From Acidobacteriota bacterium (lineage in GTDB: Bacteria; Acidobacteriota; UBA6911; RPQK01; JADFOI01): a stretch of DNA of 31,005 nt. This document shows positions 1-10,672 of the stretch, piece after piece. A program made the translations under genes and the position numbers. The notes below the pieces were generated by a model. It made no database searches, had not been told where the DNA came from, and saw only the letters and a list, made by a program, of their open reading frames with translations. Numbering within the stretch: the first letter of the stretch is position 1; each line of letters begins with the position of its first letter. The stretch spans positions 1 to 31,005 of the forward strand of contig JAPUKI010000389.1 in assembly GCA_027295745.1 (NCBI GenBank). The letters are read 5' to 3'.

Positions 1-2366
1 ATTGGAAGGTCATTGAGGCGGGTCTGAAGTGCCTGCAGGGGAAGTCCGTGGTGAATTCCATCAGTCTCAAGGAGGGGGAGGAAGAGTTTCTCCGGCAGGC
101 TCGACTCGCCCGACGCTATGGGGCGGCTGTGATCGTCATGGCTTTTGACGACGAGGGTCAGGCCGACACCCGGGAGCGCAAGGTCGAAATCTGCACTCGT
201 GCTTGCCAGCTCCTGACCGAAAAGGTGGGCTTCCCCCCCCAGGACATCATCGTCGATCCCAATATCTTCGCGGTGGCGACTGGAATCGAAGAGCACAACA
301 ATTACGCCGTCGACTTCCTTGAGGCCACCCGGGAAATCAAAAGAACCCTGCCTCATGTGAAGGTGAGCGGAGGACTCAGTAACATCTCCTTCTCCTTCCG
401 CGGCAACGATGCGGTTCGCGAAGCCATGCATTCGGTCTTCCTGTACCACGCCATCCAGGCGGGACTGGATATGGCCATTGTGAACCCTGCTCAACTGGCG
501 GTGTATGAAGAGATTCCTGAGGATCTGCGGGAGCGGGTGGAAGACGTCATTCTCAACCGCCGGCCCGATGCCACTGACCGGCTGCTGGAGGTAGCAGAGT
601 CGGCAGTGGGTCAATCGAAGAGTGTGACAGAGGATCTGGCCTGGCGTGAAAAACCGGTCAGTGAGCGCCTGTCCCATGCGCTGGTGAGCGGTATCAGTGA
701 GTATGTGGTGGAGGATACGGAGGAGGCTCGTCAGCAATATGCTCGTCCGATTCAAGTGATTGAGGGTCCCCTGATGGATGGAATGAACATCGTAGGGGAC
801 TTGTTCGGATCGGGAAAGATGTTCCTCCCTCAGGTGGTGAAAAGTGCCCGGGTGATGAAGAAGGCAGTGGCCTACCTGCTTCCCTTCATCGAAGAGGACA
901 AGAGCAAACTAGAGGACACCCGTTCCAAGGGCAAGATTCTGATGGCCACCGTCAAGGGAGACGTCCATGACATCGGCAAGAATATTGTGGGTGTGGTTCT
1001 GGAGTGCAATAACTATGAAGTGCTCGATCTCGGGGTGATGGTGCCGGCTGATCGTATTTTGAGGACCGCTCGAGAAGAAGGAGTCGACATCATCGGGCTG
1101 AGCGGTCTGATTACACCCTCACTGGCTCATATGGCTCAGCTTGCCTCTGAAATGACACGGGAAGGGTTTGATCTTCCTCTGCTGATCGGCGGGGCTACCA
1201 CTTCCCAGGTTCACACAGCAGTCAAGATTGCTCCTAACTACAGTCAAACAGTCTATGTTCCCGATGCCTCCCGCAGCGTATCGGTGGTCTCCAAGCTGCT
1301 CGGTGATGAGAGAGGCCGCTATACGAAGGAAGTCAACGCCAAATACAGGCAGATTCGTGAGCGGCACGAAGAAAGAAAGAAGCAGATCCGATTCCATCCT
1401 CTGGAGAAAGCACGCAGGAACAAAATCAGAATTGAATGGGCCAGTTACAGTCCGCCTGTTCCTCAACTGGTCGGGATCAAGAGGTTTGATCGATATTCTC
1501 TGAAAGAGCTGATCCAGTACATCGACTGGTCACCCTTTTTCAAGGTCTGGGAGCTGTCCGGACGTTACCCCCAGATTCTGGAAGATGAAAGGGTCGGTAA
1601 AGAAGCCACCGAACTCCACCAGAATGCCCAAAGTTTGCTGCAACGCATCGTGGATGAAAAACTGCTGGAAGCCAGGGGGGTCATTGGATTTTTTCCCGCC
1701 AACAGTGTGGAGGACGACGATATTGAAGTTTACACCGATGAATCCCGGTCACAGGTCCGGCTCACCCTTCACAACCTCAGACAACAGATCCAGAAACAGC
1801 CGGGCCGGCCCAATCGCTGTTTGAGTGACTTTATCGCACCCAAAGAAACAGGGGTGAAGGATTATATCGGGGCCTTTCTGGTCACCGGCGGGATTGGGAC
1901 TCAAGAAATCGTAACGGCCTTTGAGACAGAGCAGGATGTCTATCAGAGCATTATGGTGAAGGCATTGGCGGACCGCCTGGCCGAAGCCTTTGCGGAGAGA
2001 ATGCACCAGAGGGTTCGCCAGGAGTTTTGGGGTTATGTGTCTGAGGAGCAGCTGGACAAGCAGGCTCTGATCCAGGAGCGATACCAGGGCATTCGGCCTG
2101 CACCCGGCTATCCCGCCTGTCCCGAGCACAGCTTGAAAGCTGAGCTCTTTGAACTGTTGGGAGGCGAGAAACATTTGCCTGTTTGCCTGACCGATAGCTT
2201 TGCCATGGACCCGGCAGCTTCTGTGTGCGGATTTTACTTCTCCCATCCGGAGTCTCACTACTTCGGGGTCGGAAAAATCGACCGCGATCAGGTCAAGGAC
2301 TACGCCCGCAGAAGGAGGATCGACCAGGACACAGCCGAGCGTTGCCTCGCTCCCCTTCTGGATTAG
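1..2366 (+). CDS. metH: Cobalamin-dependent methionine synthase, 5'-truncated by the window edge
   Basis: Frame is open from base 3 ([25 protein letters not shown]). Contains the B12-binding motif GDVHDIG, SGLITPS, and the activation-domain motif [12 protein letters not shown]. Confidence 0.97.
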   Translation, partial: WKVIEAGLKCLQGKSVVNSISLKEGEEEFLRQARLARRYGAAVIVMAFDDEGQADTRERKVEICTRACQLLTEKVGFPPQDIIVDPNIFAVATGIEEHNNYAVDFLEATREIKRTLPHVKVSGGLSNISFSFRGNDAVREAMHSVFLYHAIQAGLDMAIVNPAQLAVYEEIPEDLRERVEDVILNRRPDATDRLLEVAESAVGQSKSVTEDLAWREKPVSERLSHALVSGISEYVVEDTEEARQQYARPIQVIEGPLMDGMNIVGDLFGSGKMFLPQVVKSARVMKKAVAYLLPFIEEDKSKLEDTRSKGKILMATVKGDVHDIGKNIVGVVLECNNYEVLDLGVMVPADRILRTAREEGVDIIGLSGLITPSLAHMAQLASEMTREGFDLPLLIGGATTSQVHTAVKIAPNYSQTVYVPDASRSVSVVSKLLGDERGRYTKEVNAKYRQIRERHEERKKQIRFHPLEKARRNKIRIEWASYSPPVPQLVGIKRFDRYSLKELIQYIDWSPFFKVWELSGRYPQILEDERVGKEATELHQNAQSLLQRIVDEKLLEARGVIGFFPANSVEDDDIEVYTDESRSQVRLTLHNLRQQIQKQPGRPNRCLSDFIAPKETGVKDYIGAFLVTGGIGTQEIVTAFETEQDVYQSIMVKALADRLAEAFAERMHQRVRQEFWGYVSEEQLDKQALIQERYQGIRPAPGYPACPEHSLKAELFELLGGEKHLPVCLTDSFAMDPAASVCGFYFSHPESHYFGVGKIDRDQVKDYARRRRIDQDTAERCLAPLLD

Positions 2367-2400
2367 GGAGAGTTTGGGGAGAGTCCCCACACTCCCTTTC
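2365..2400 (+). terminator. Imperfect GC-rich hairpin after the metH stop; possible weak terminator
   Basis: GTTTGGGGA-GAG-TCCCCACAC core stem with one mismatch, followed by only a short T run (CCCTTTC). Confidence 0.3.
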
Positions 2401-2425
2401 AGGGAGATGATGTATCATAATACTC

Positions 2426-2662
2426 ATGAAGCGCATCAGCGTGAGTGTGAGTGACGCATTAGCCAAACGCGCCAAAGCCATCGCCAAAAGCCAGAAAATA
2501 TCAGTTGGTGAGCTGCTCAGGAAAAGCCTGGAGACCTATGTATCTCGTTTACCCGCCCAGCCACGACAGCTCGGGAAGCTGCCCGTGTTCAAGCTGGGAA
2601 AACCGCGCCAGCAGGACTTAAGAAGAGCCATCTACCAGGATGCTCACGTGGTGAGTCCATGA
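2426..2662 (+). CDS. Ribbon-helix-helix (CopG-like) antitoxin, VapB-type
   Basis: 78 aa. N-terminal alternating beta strand KRISVSVS followed by two helices. Overlaps the downstream PIN gene by ATGA. Confidence 0.75.
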   Translation: MKRISVSVSDALAKRAKAIAKSQKISVGELLRKSLETYVSRLPAQPRQLGKLPVFKLGKPRQQDLRRAIYQDAHVVSP

Positions 2663-3105
2663 ACAGCGCAGTTGACACAAACCTGCTACTTTACGCCCAT
2701 AACAGCTCGGTCTCTCAACACTCGGCCGCCAGAGACTTTGTCGAGTCCAGAGTCTTGGCTGTCGGAGAGGAAGAGTTTGTTATCTGTCACCAGACCCTGT
2801 GTGAGCTCTTCGCGGCATTGACCAATTCGATTCTTCTTCCCAATCCCCTCACAACCGAACAGGCCTGGGACGTCTGTCGGATCTATTTGGACCACCCTCT
2901 CATCCAGAAGATTGCCTACGAGCCTGCCATCCTTAAAGTCATTGAATCCTTACTTCGCGATGGACCGCAAAGAGGCAAACGCCTCTTTGATCTCAAACTG
3001 GCGGCGACACTCAGGTATCATCGTGTCAGAAGACTCTATACCTGCAACCCGAAGCATTTTGCCGGCTTTGACTTTCTGGAGGTCGTGCATCCACTAAAAG
3101 GGTGA
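2659..3105 (+). CDS. vapC: PIN-domain ribonuclease toxin, VapC family
   Basis: 148 aa with VDTNLLLYA at the N-terminus, a conserved acidic CELF, LFDLKLAA and TCNPKHF. Coupled to the upstream RHH gene. Confidence 0.85.
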   Translation: MNSAVDTNLLLYAHNSSVSQHSAARDFVESRVLAVGEEEFVICHQTLCELFAALTNSILLPNPLTTEQAWDVCRIYLDHPLIQKIAYEPAILKVIESLLRDGPQRGKRLFDLKLAATLRYHRVRRLYTCNPKHFAGFDFLEVVHPLKG

Positions 3106-3119
3106 AGAGGAAATGTGGA

Positions 3120-3677
3120 TCAACCCGGGATCATGATCCCCGTTTGATCCAGTTCTTCTATGACTTTTTCCCACTTACCGGTGGTCTTGAGCAAAAGATC
3201 CACCACTTCGCGAACTGCCCCGTAGCCGCCTCTTTCACGGGTGACGTAGTGCACGCAATATCTGACGGCTTCCGCTGCGTTGCGCGGTGCTGCCGAAAAG
3301 CCCACCCGCTTCAGCAGTGGAATGTCGGGCAGATCGTCTCCGACATACGCCACTTGCGAGGCTTCCAGGTTTCGCTCCTTCAAGATCTTCTCAAAATCCT
3401 TGACCTTGTCCCTGGAACCCTGGACCAGGAGTTCAACACCCAGCTCGCGGGCTCGAGCCTCGACCTCTTCACTGGTGCGTCCACTGAGAAACCCCACTTC
3501 CCAGCCCACCTTTCCGGCCAGTCGAATTGCCAGGCCATCATAAACTGAAAAGAACTTGATTTCGCCACCATCGGGAAGCAGACCAATTCGCCCGTCCGTC
3601 AATACGCCGTCCACATCCAACAAAATCAGGCGGATCTTCTGAAGGTTAGCCACGACTTGAACAGGTAGTGTTGTCAT
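3120..3677 (-). CDS. kdsC: KDO 8-phosphate phosphatase (HAD family)
   Basis: DVDGVLTDG motif I and YVGDDLPD motif; lies in the kds operon. Confidence 0.93.
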   Translation of the reverse strand: MTTLPVQVVANLQKIRLILLDVDGVLTDGRIGLLPDGGEIKFFSVYDGLAIRLAGKVGWEVGFLSGRTSEEVEARARELGVELLVQGSRDKVKDFEKILKERNLEASQVAYVGDDLPDIPLLKRVGFSAAPRNAAEAVRYCVHYVTRERGGYGAVREVVDLLLKTTGKWEKVIEELDQTGIMIPG

Positions 3678-3680
3678 GAT

Positions 3681-4640
3681 CTAAAACATCTCCGTTCCCC
3701 ACAGGTCATGCAGGTGAATGATGCCGATGAGCCTTCGGGAGGCATCAGTGACCATCAAAGAAGTGATCTTTCGCTGCTCCATGAGGTGGAGCGCACCCGT
3801 GGCCAGCTCATCCTGGCTGATCGTCAGAGGATCTTTCGTCATGCACTGACTTGCGGTGCGGGAGAGAACCTCCTCGCGCTCAGTTTGAAGCAACCTTCGT
3901 ATATCTCCATCTGAGATGACTCCAACCAAACGATCATCGTCTTCCACGACACTGGTAACACCCAGCCCTTTGCGCGACATCTCATAGATGACAGCATCCA
4001 TCCCAGCCTCCACGGTCACTTTGGGAATTTGTTCTCCCTGATGCATCAACTCTCCCACCTTGGCCAGCCTCTTGCCCAGTCTCCCGCCGGGATGCAGACG
4101 GGCAAAGTCCTCCAGATGAAATCCCTTCTTCTCCGACAGGGAAAGGGCCAAAGCGTCGCCCAAAGCCATGGAGGCGGCGGTGGAAGCAGTAGGCGCCAGC
4201 CCAAAGGGACAGGCTTCCTGGTCCACACCAACATCCAGCACCACATCCGCGTTCTGGGCCAGGGTTGAATCGGTATTGCCCACCATTGAGATCAAGGGAA
4301 TACCCAAACGCTTGATGGTCTCCACCAGCTTCACCAGCTCTTCCGTTTCCCCACTATTGGAAAGTGCCAGAACCACATCTCCGGAGACGAGCATCCCCAC
4401 ATCCCCGTGGACTGCTTCTGCCGGGTGAAGAAAAACCGATGGAGTACCGGTGCTGCTCAGTGTGGCCGCAATTTTTCTAGAGACAATGCCCGACTTTCCC
4501 ATACCCGTGACCACCACCCGCCCCTGGCAGTTGGCTAACAACTCCACTGCACCATCAAAGGTTTCGCCCAGCCGCGGGATCAGACTCGCAATGGCGTCCG
4601 CTTCAATTTGGAGAACTCTGCGCCCAGTTTCTTGAGACAT
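3681..4640 (-). CDS. kdsD: Arabinose-5-phosphate isomerase, KpsF/GutQ family (SIS plus 2 CBS domains)
   Basis: GMGKSG, HPAEAVHGD.G, APTASTA and HPGG motifs plus CBS domains. Start moved to ATG 4640 because the upstream extension is translated heptamer repeat. Confidence 0.93.
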   Translation of the reverse strand: MSQETGRRVLQIEADAIASLIPRLGETFDGAVELLANCQGRVVVTGMGKSGIVSRKIAATLSSTGTPSVFLHPAEAVHGDVGMLVSGDVVLALSNSGETEELVKLVETIKRLGIPLISMVGNTDSTLAQNADVVLDVGVDQEACPFGLAPTASTAASMALGDALALSLSEKKGFHLEDFARLHPGGRLGKRLAKVGELMHQGEQIPKVTVEAGMDAVIYEMSRKGLGVTSVVEDDDRLVGVISDGDIRRLLQTEREEVLSRTASQCMTKDPLTISQDELATGALHLMEQRKITSLMVTDASRRLIGIIHLHDLWGTEMF

Positions 4641-4645
4641 TCTTA

Positions 4646-4729
4646 AGACCACAGACCACAGACCACAGACCGGAAGAAGAATCCAGAATACAGAATCCAG
4701 AAGACAGAAGATTCTTGGAACCTGGAAGT
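4646..4729. repeat. Heptamer tandem-repeat locus A (kdsA-kdsD junction)
   Basis: (AGACCAC)x3+AGACC at 4646-4671; AGAATCC/AGAATAC/AGAATCC/AGAAGAC/AGAAGAT at 4678-4712; TGGAACC/TGGAAGT at 4716-4729. Confidence 0.9.
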
Positions 4730-5577
4730 TCACTCCTGGTCTTTGACCAGGCGGTCAATTTGTTGCAACTGGCTTAAAACATTCTTCACTTCATCGATTA
4801 ACAAGGCGTTGGCGCCGTCACTGAGTGCCTTGTCAGGTCGATCATGGACTTCGATAAAAACGCCGTCCGTTCCCACCGCCACTGCGGCTCTTGCCAGATG
4901 AGGAATGAACTCGGCCTGTCCGCCGCTCGCCCCACCCGCCCCACCTGGCAGCTGCACACTATGGGTGGCGTCAAAGACGACCGGGACACCCAGGGCTCGA
5001 ATGATGGGAAGAGACCTAAGGTCCGACACAAGGTTATTGTATCCGAAGGACACGCCTCGCTCTGTGAGGATTATTCGAGAGCCTTCCACCGAGCGGGCCT
5101 TCTCCAAAACATGCTGGACATCCCCGGGGGCCATAAACTGGCCCTTCTTGATATTGACGATCTTTCCGGTGGAGGCGGCGGCCAGGATTAAATCGGTTTG
5201 CCGGGAAAGCAAGGCCGGAATCTGCAGCACATCCAGCACCTGGGCCGCTGGTTCGACTTGAGCTACCTCATGGACATCGGAGAGCACAGGAATCTTGAGA
5301 TCCTGACTCACCCGCTGGAGGATTCCCAGGCCCTTCTCCAATCCAGGCCCCCGATAAGAGTGGATCGAGGTACGATTGGCTTTGTCGTATGAGGCCTTGA
5401 AAATAAAAGGGATCTTCAGGCCGGAAGTGATCTCTTTCAACCGCCCGGCCATGTCCATGCAGTGCGCCTCACTCTCAATCACACAGGGACCGGCAATCAA
5501 AAAAAAGGGGTTGTTGCCACCAAGTTTCCAGTTCCCCAGGGAAATCACGGGCGTTGGTGTCATCAATCGACTGGTCA

Positions 5578-5578
<1 letters not shown>
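4730..5578 (-). CDS. kdsA: KDO 8-phosphate synthase
   Basis: IAGPCVIES, KASYDKANRTS, NIKKGQF, ERGVSFGY, DATHSVQ and EVH motifs. Confidence 0.96.
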
Positions 5579-7988
<2,410 letters not shown>

Positions 7989-7998
7989 AGGGAAGTGT

Positions 7999-8185
7999 AC
8001 AACAGACAATAGACAACAGACAACAGACAACCGCCGGCCGAAGGCCGTCGGAAATTCAAAATTCCAAATCCCAAATTCCAAACAATTTCAAAATCCGGAC
8101 CCCTGGAAGGCGCGCTTCGCGCTGACTCCTATCTCCTACCTCCTGCCTTGTCTATTGTCTGTTGTCAGCTGTCAGTTGTCAGCTG
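7999..8185. repeat. Heptamer tandem-repeat locus B, bounded by a perfect 18-bp inverted repeat
   Basis: ACAAYAG-type x5 (7999-8033), AAATYCM x4 (8052-8079), CTCCTRN x3 (8126-8146), YTGTCWR x5 (8148-8182). 7999-8016 is the exact reverse complement of 8148-8165. Confidence 0.92.
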
Positions 8186-8187
8186 CT

Positions 8188-9150
8188 CTAATGACAGTAC
8201 GTCGTGTCACTGGGACAGAGGTCCTCATCTTCGAGCTGGATTGTTGCGTGATGAATCTTGAATTGTTCTCGAGAGACGGCAATGAGTTGTTCCAATATTT
8301 GATGCCGGCTGTTCTCTCTCCCCACGACAGCATGGCAAGTCATGGCATGCACACCGGAAGTCAATGTCCAGACATGAAGATCGTGAACAGAGTCCACCCC
8401 GGCAACTGTACACAGAGCATGCTGCATCACCGCCAGATTGACATGGGCCGGCGTGCCCTCCAAAAGGACCAGGACTGAGTCTTTGACCAACCTCCAGGCA
8501 CTAAACAGAATGAGGAAACTGACCAGAGCACTCACAGCAGGATCGGCCCAATAGGCCTGCCAAAACAGGATGGCCAGGCTGGCAAGAATGGCGCCAAGCG
8601 AGCCCAGCACGTCTCCCATCACATGCAGAAAAGCTCCCCGGATGTTGAGACTGTCTTCCTCACAACGGTGTAAGATCCAGGCACTTAACAGGTTCGCGCC
8701 CAGTCCCAGAGTTGCGATGACAAGCATCTCCAGACTTCGAACTGGCTCCGGTTGCACAAGACGTTGGTAGGATTCGTAAAGAATAAAAAAGGCAATCACC
8801 AGCAGAGTTGCACCGTTGATCAAGGCGGCCAGAATCTCCACGCGGAAATATCCATAAGTTTTCTCGGGAGTCGCCGGCCGGCGAATGAACCAGACTGCAA
8901 ATAAACTGAGGCCCAATGCCGCGGCATCTGTCAGCATGTGGCCGGCATCGGCCAACAGCGCCAAACTGTTGGTCCAGAGGCCGCCCACAAACTCCACGAG
9001 CATAAAGGTCACTGTGATGAGGAGGGCAATGCGCAAGGAGCGGGCTCCCCGGCGGCGACTCACGTCCAGCTCGGCCGGTTCTTCTATCCCGTCCGATTGT
9101 GCCCGCCCAGCGGGCGAACGCTGTGCTTCGTCCTGACCGTTCTCGGTCAT
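8188..9150 (-). CDS. Cation diffusion facilitator family transporter (CzcD/ZitB-like)
   Basis: LALLADAGHMLTD, TYGYFRVEILAA, AFLHVMGD and HDLHVW motifs; six predicted TM helices plus a C-terminal domain. Confidence 0.93.
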   Translation of the reverse strand: MTENGQDEAQRSPAGRAQSDGIEEPAELDVSRRRGARSLRIALLITVTFMLVEFVGGLWTNSLALLADAGHMLTDAAALGLSLFAVWFIRRPATPEKTYGYFRVEILAALINGATLLVIAFFILYESYQRLVQPEPVRSLEMLVIATLGLGANLLSAWILHRCEEDSLNIRGAFLHVMGDVLGSLGAILASLAILFWQAYWADPAVSALVSFLILFSAWRLVKDSVLVLLEGTPAHVNLAVMQHALCTVAGVDSVHDLHVWTLTSGVHAMTCHAVVGRENSRHQILEQLIAVSREQFKIHHATIQLEDEDLCPSDTTYCH

Positions 9151-10238
9151 TGAATCTCCTGCCCCAAGGCAGCTGAGGAAAGGTCCGAAGATGAATCCCG
9201 ATGCAAGATTTTGGGAAAGTTCTCAAAGTAAGAAATGGCGGCTTGTCCTATGAGGTAAGTCCAGAGTCCGGCAATGGAGACGGCGATGAGTTTCCGATAC
9301 TCGGGATAGCGGCGTCGAAGCCGATGGCTCGCTTCTCGCACGGCAACTCCCGCTATCAACATGGGAAGCAGCTCCCGGGCTCGCTCCCGGTTGAGATCGT
9401 ATCCAAAGACCCGCGCGATCTTCAAGAGCATTCCAGTCTGGATGGCCGTGATGGGCAAAAGGTCGGCCACGGGAATCGGAATGGCTCCCACAATAGCCCC
9501 GGAAAAGGCGGCCTGACTGACAATTCCTGTACAAATGCTGCGACGAAACTTGGGAAACCTCCGGGTCAAGGGAGAAAGGGTTTTGGGATCAGTATCCACT
9601 ATGGCTTTCAATAATCGCTCGGTGGTCTCCGGCTGCACTGCGGAGGCGCCAAAAACGTTGGCTCCCAGCTGCTTCCTGGCCTTTCTGAGTGCGGCCCCAG
9701 GAGCTTCAACCAAATCCATCTTGTTGAGGACCACCAGCACCGGCTTGTTCAAGCTTCGGAGTCGTTCGTACAACCGCCTCGTGCTCTCAGATAACTCATA
9801 TTGACCATCTAAGATCAGCAGGATGAGATCTGCATGCTCGAGCCGGTTGGGCAACCTGTCACCGGTTCTGTACCCCAGGAACTCATCCAAACCCCGAATA
9901 TCGACGATGGTAAAGATGGGCTCCGATCCAACCAGTTGTCGTTCCGATATGGCATCCACAAGGGAGGACTTCCCGGTTTGGGCCGGGCCCACAACCGCTA
10001 TCTGAACCCACTCCTGAGTCTGAATGTCCTTCCATTGACACCGAACCAGCTCCCAGACCTTTTGTAAGTTATCGCCTTGGGGAGGAAGAGAATCCAAGAC
10101 CTGCTTGAGACGATATTTAACCCCATCAGGTAAAAAAAGTGTGATCTGATCAAGAAACGACAGCAGCTCATCCGGTGCTGAATCTCGCACGTTTGCGAAG
10201 ACATCTGGTGGCGCCGTGGGAGTTTCTACAGATTTCAT
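9147..10238 (-). CDS. P-loop GTPase fused to a C-terminal DUF697-like hydrophobic domain
   Basis: G1 GPAQTGKS, G3 DIRG, G4 NKMD; C-terminal GAIPIPVADLLPITAIQTGML typical of DUF697. Start placed at ATG 10238 (GAGGTG upstream) to avoid overlap with the JAB gene. Confidence 0.72.
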   Translation of the reverse strand: MKSVETPTAPPDVFANVRDSAPDELLSFLDQITLFLPDGVKYRLKQVLDSLPPQGDNLQKVWELVRCQWKDIQTQEWVQIAVVGPAQTGKSSLVDAISERQLVGSEPIFTIVDIRGLDEFLGYRTGDRLPNRLEHADLILLILDGQYELSESTRRLYERLRSLNKPVLVVLNKMDLVEAPGAALRKARKQLGANVFGASAVQPETTERLLKAIVDTDPKTLSPLTRRFPKFRRSICTGIVSQAAFSGAIVGAIPIPVADLLPITAIQTGMLLKIARVFGYDLNRERARELLPMLIAGVAVREASHRLRRRYPEYRKLIAVSIAGLWTYLIGQAAISYFENFPKILHRDSSSDLSSAALGQEIQ

Positions 10239-10263
10239 TTTACACCTCTGTGACTTTAGTGCC

Positions 10264-10665
10264 TCAGACCACCCTGAAGGAGACGCTTTTAAAACCCACC
10301 CTATCCCAATGAAAACAGCCGATATCGGCCTTTTCACCTTGCAATGAGACAATCCAGTAGCTCACTCCCTGATAGTGAAACTCAGCCACATCGCGAGGAG
10401 AAGGAAGGCATTCCGAGCGGGGATGAGAATGGTAGATCCCTAAATGGTCCTTACCACTCTGTCGCAATCCCTGAAAGAAGGCAAAAAGCTCTTCCAGTGG
10501 GACAAAGAATTCCTTTCGGCTGCGCCTTTGATTACAGGTCGCCTGTATCGTGTCGATTTCTCGCCCCCGGCCTGACAAGAGCCCACAGCACTCCAGCGGG
10601 TATTCACGACGAGCATGTTCGACCATTTTCTCCAGAACTCTCGGATGGATTCGAACTTCCGCCAC
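10264..10665 (-). CDS. JAB/MPN+ (Mov34, M67-like) metallopeptidase
   Basis: ECCGLL plus YHSHPRSECLPSPRD, matching the E-xn-HSH-x7-S-x2-D motif. GTG start at 10665 preferred; ORF track start is 10701. Confidence 0.88.
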   Translation of the reverse strand: MAEVRIHPRVLEKMVEHARREYPLECCGLLSGRGREIDTIQATCNQRRSRKEFFVPLEELFAFFQGLRQSGKDHLGIYHSHPRSECLPSPRDVAEFHYQGVSYWIVSLQGEKADIGCFHWDRVGFKSVSFRVV

Positions 10666-10672
10666 TCTTCCA

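Noticed and set aside
2386-2395. CCCACACTCC shared between the metH 3' hairpin and the MITE interior (20159-20168)
   Set aside because: A 10-nt match is too short to distinguish from chance in 31 kb.
4641-4733. 31-aa N-terminal extension of KdsD in the ORF track
   Set aside because: It is translated heptamer repeat (FWILLPVCGLWSVV); family homology starts at Met 4640.
7989-8081. 31-aa N-terminal extension of KdsB in the ORF track
   Set aside because: It is translated repeat (EFGIWNF, LSVVCCLLSVV); the conserved domain starts at Met 7988.
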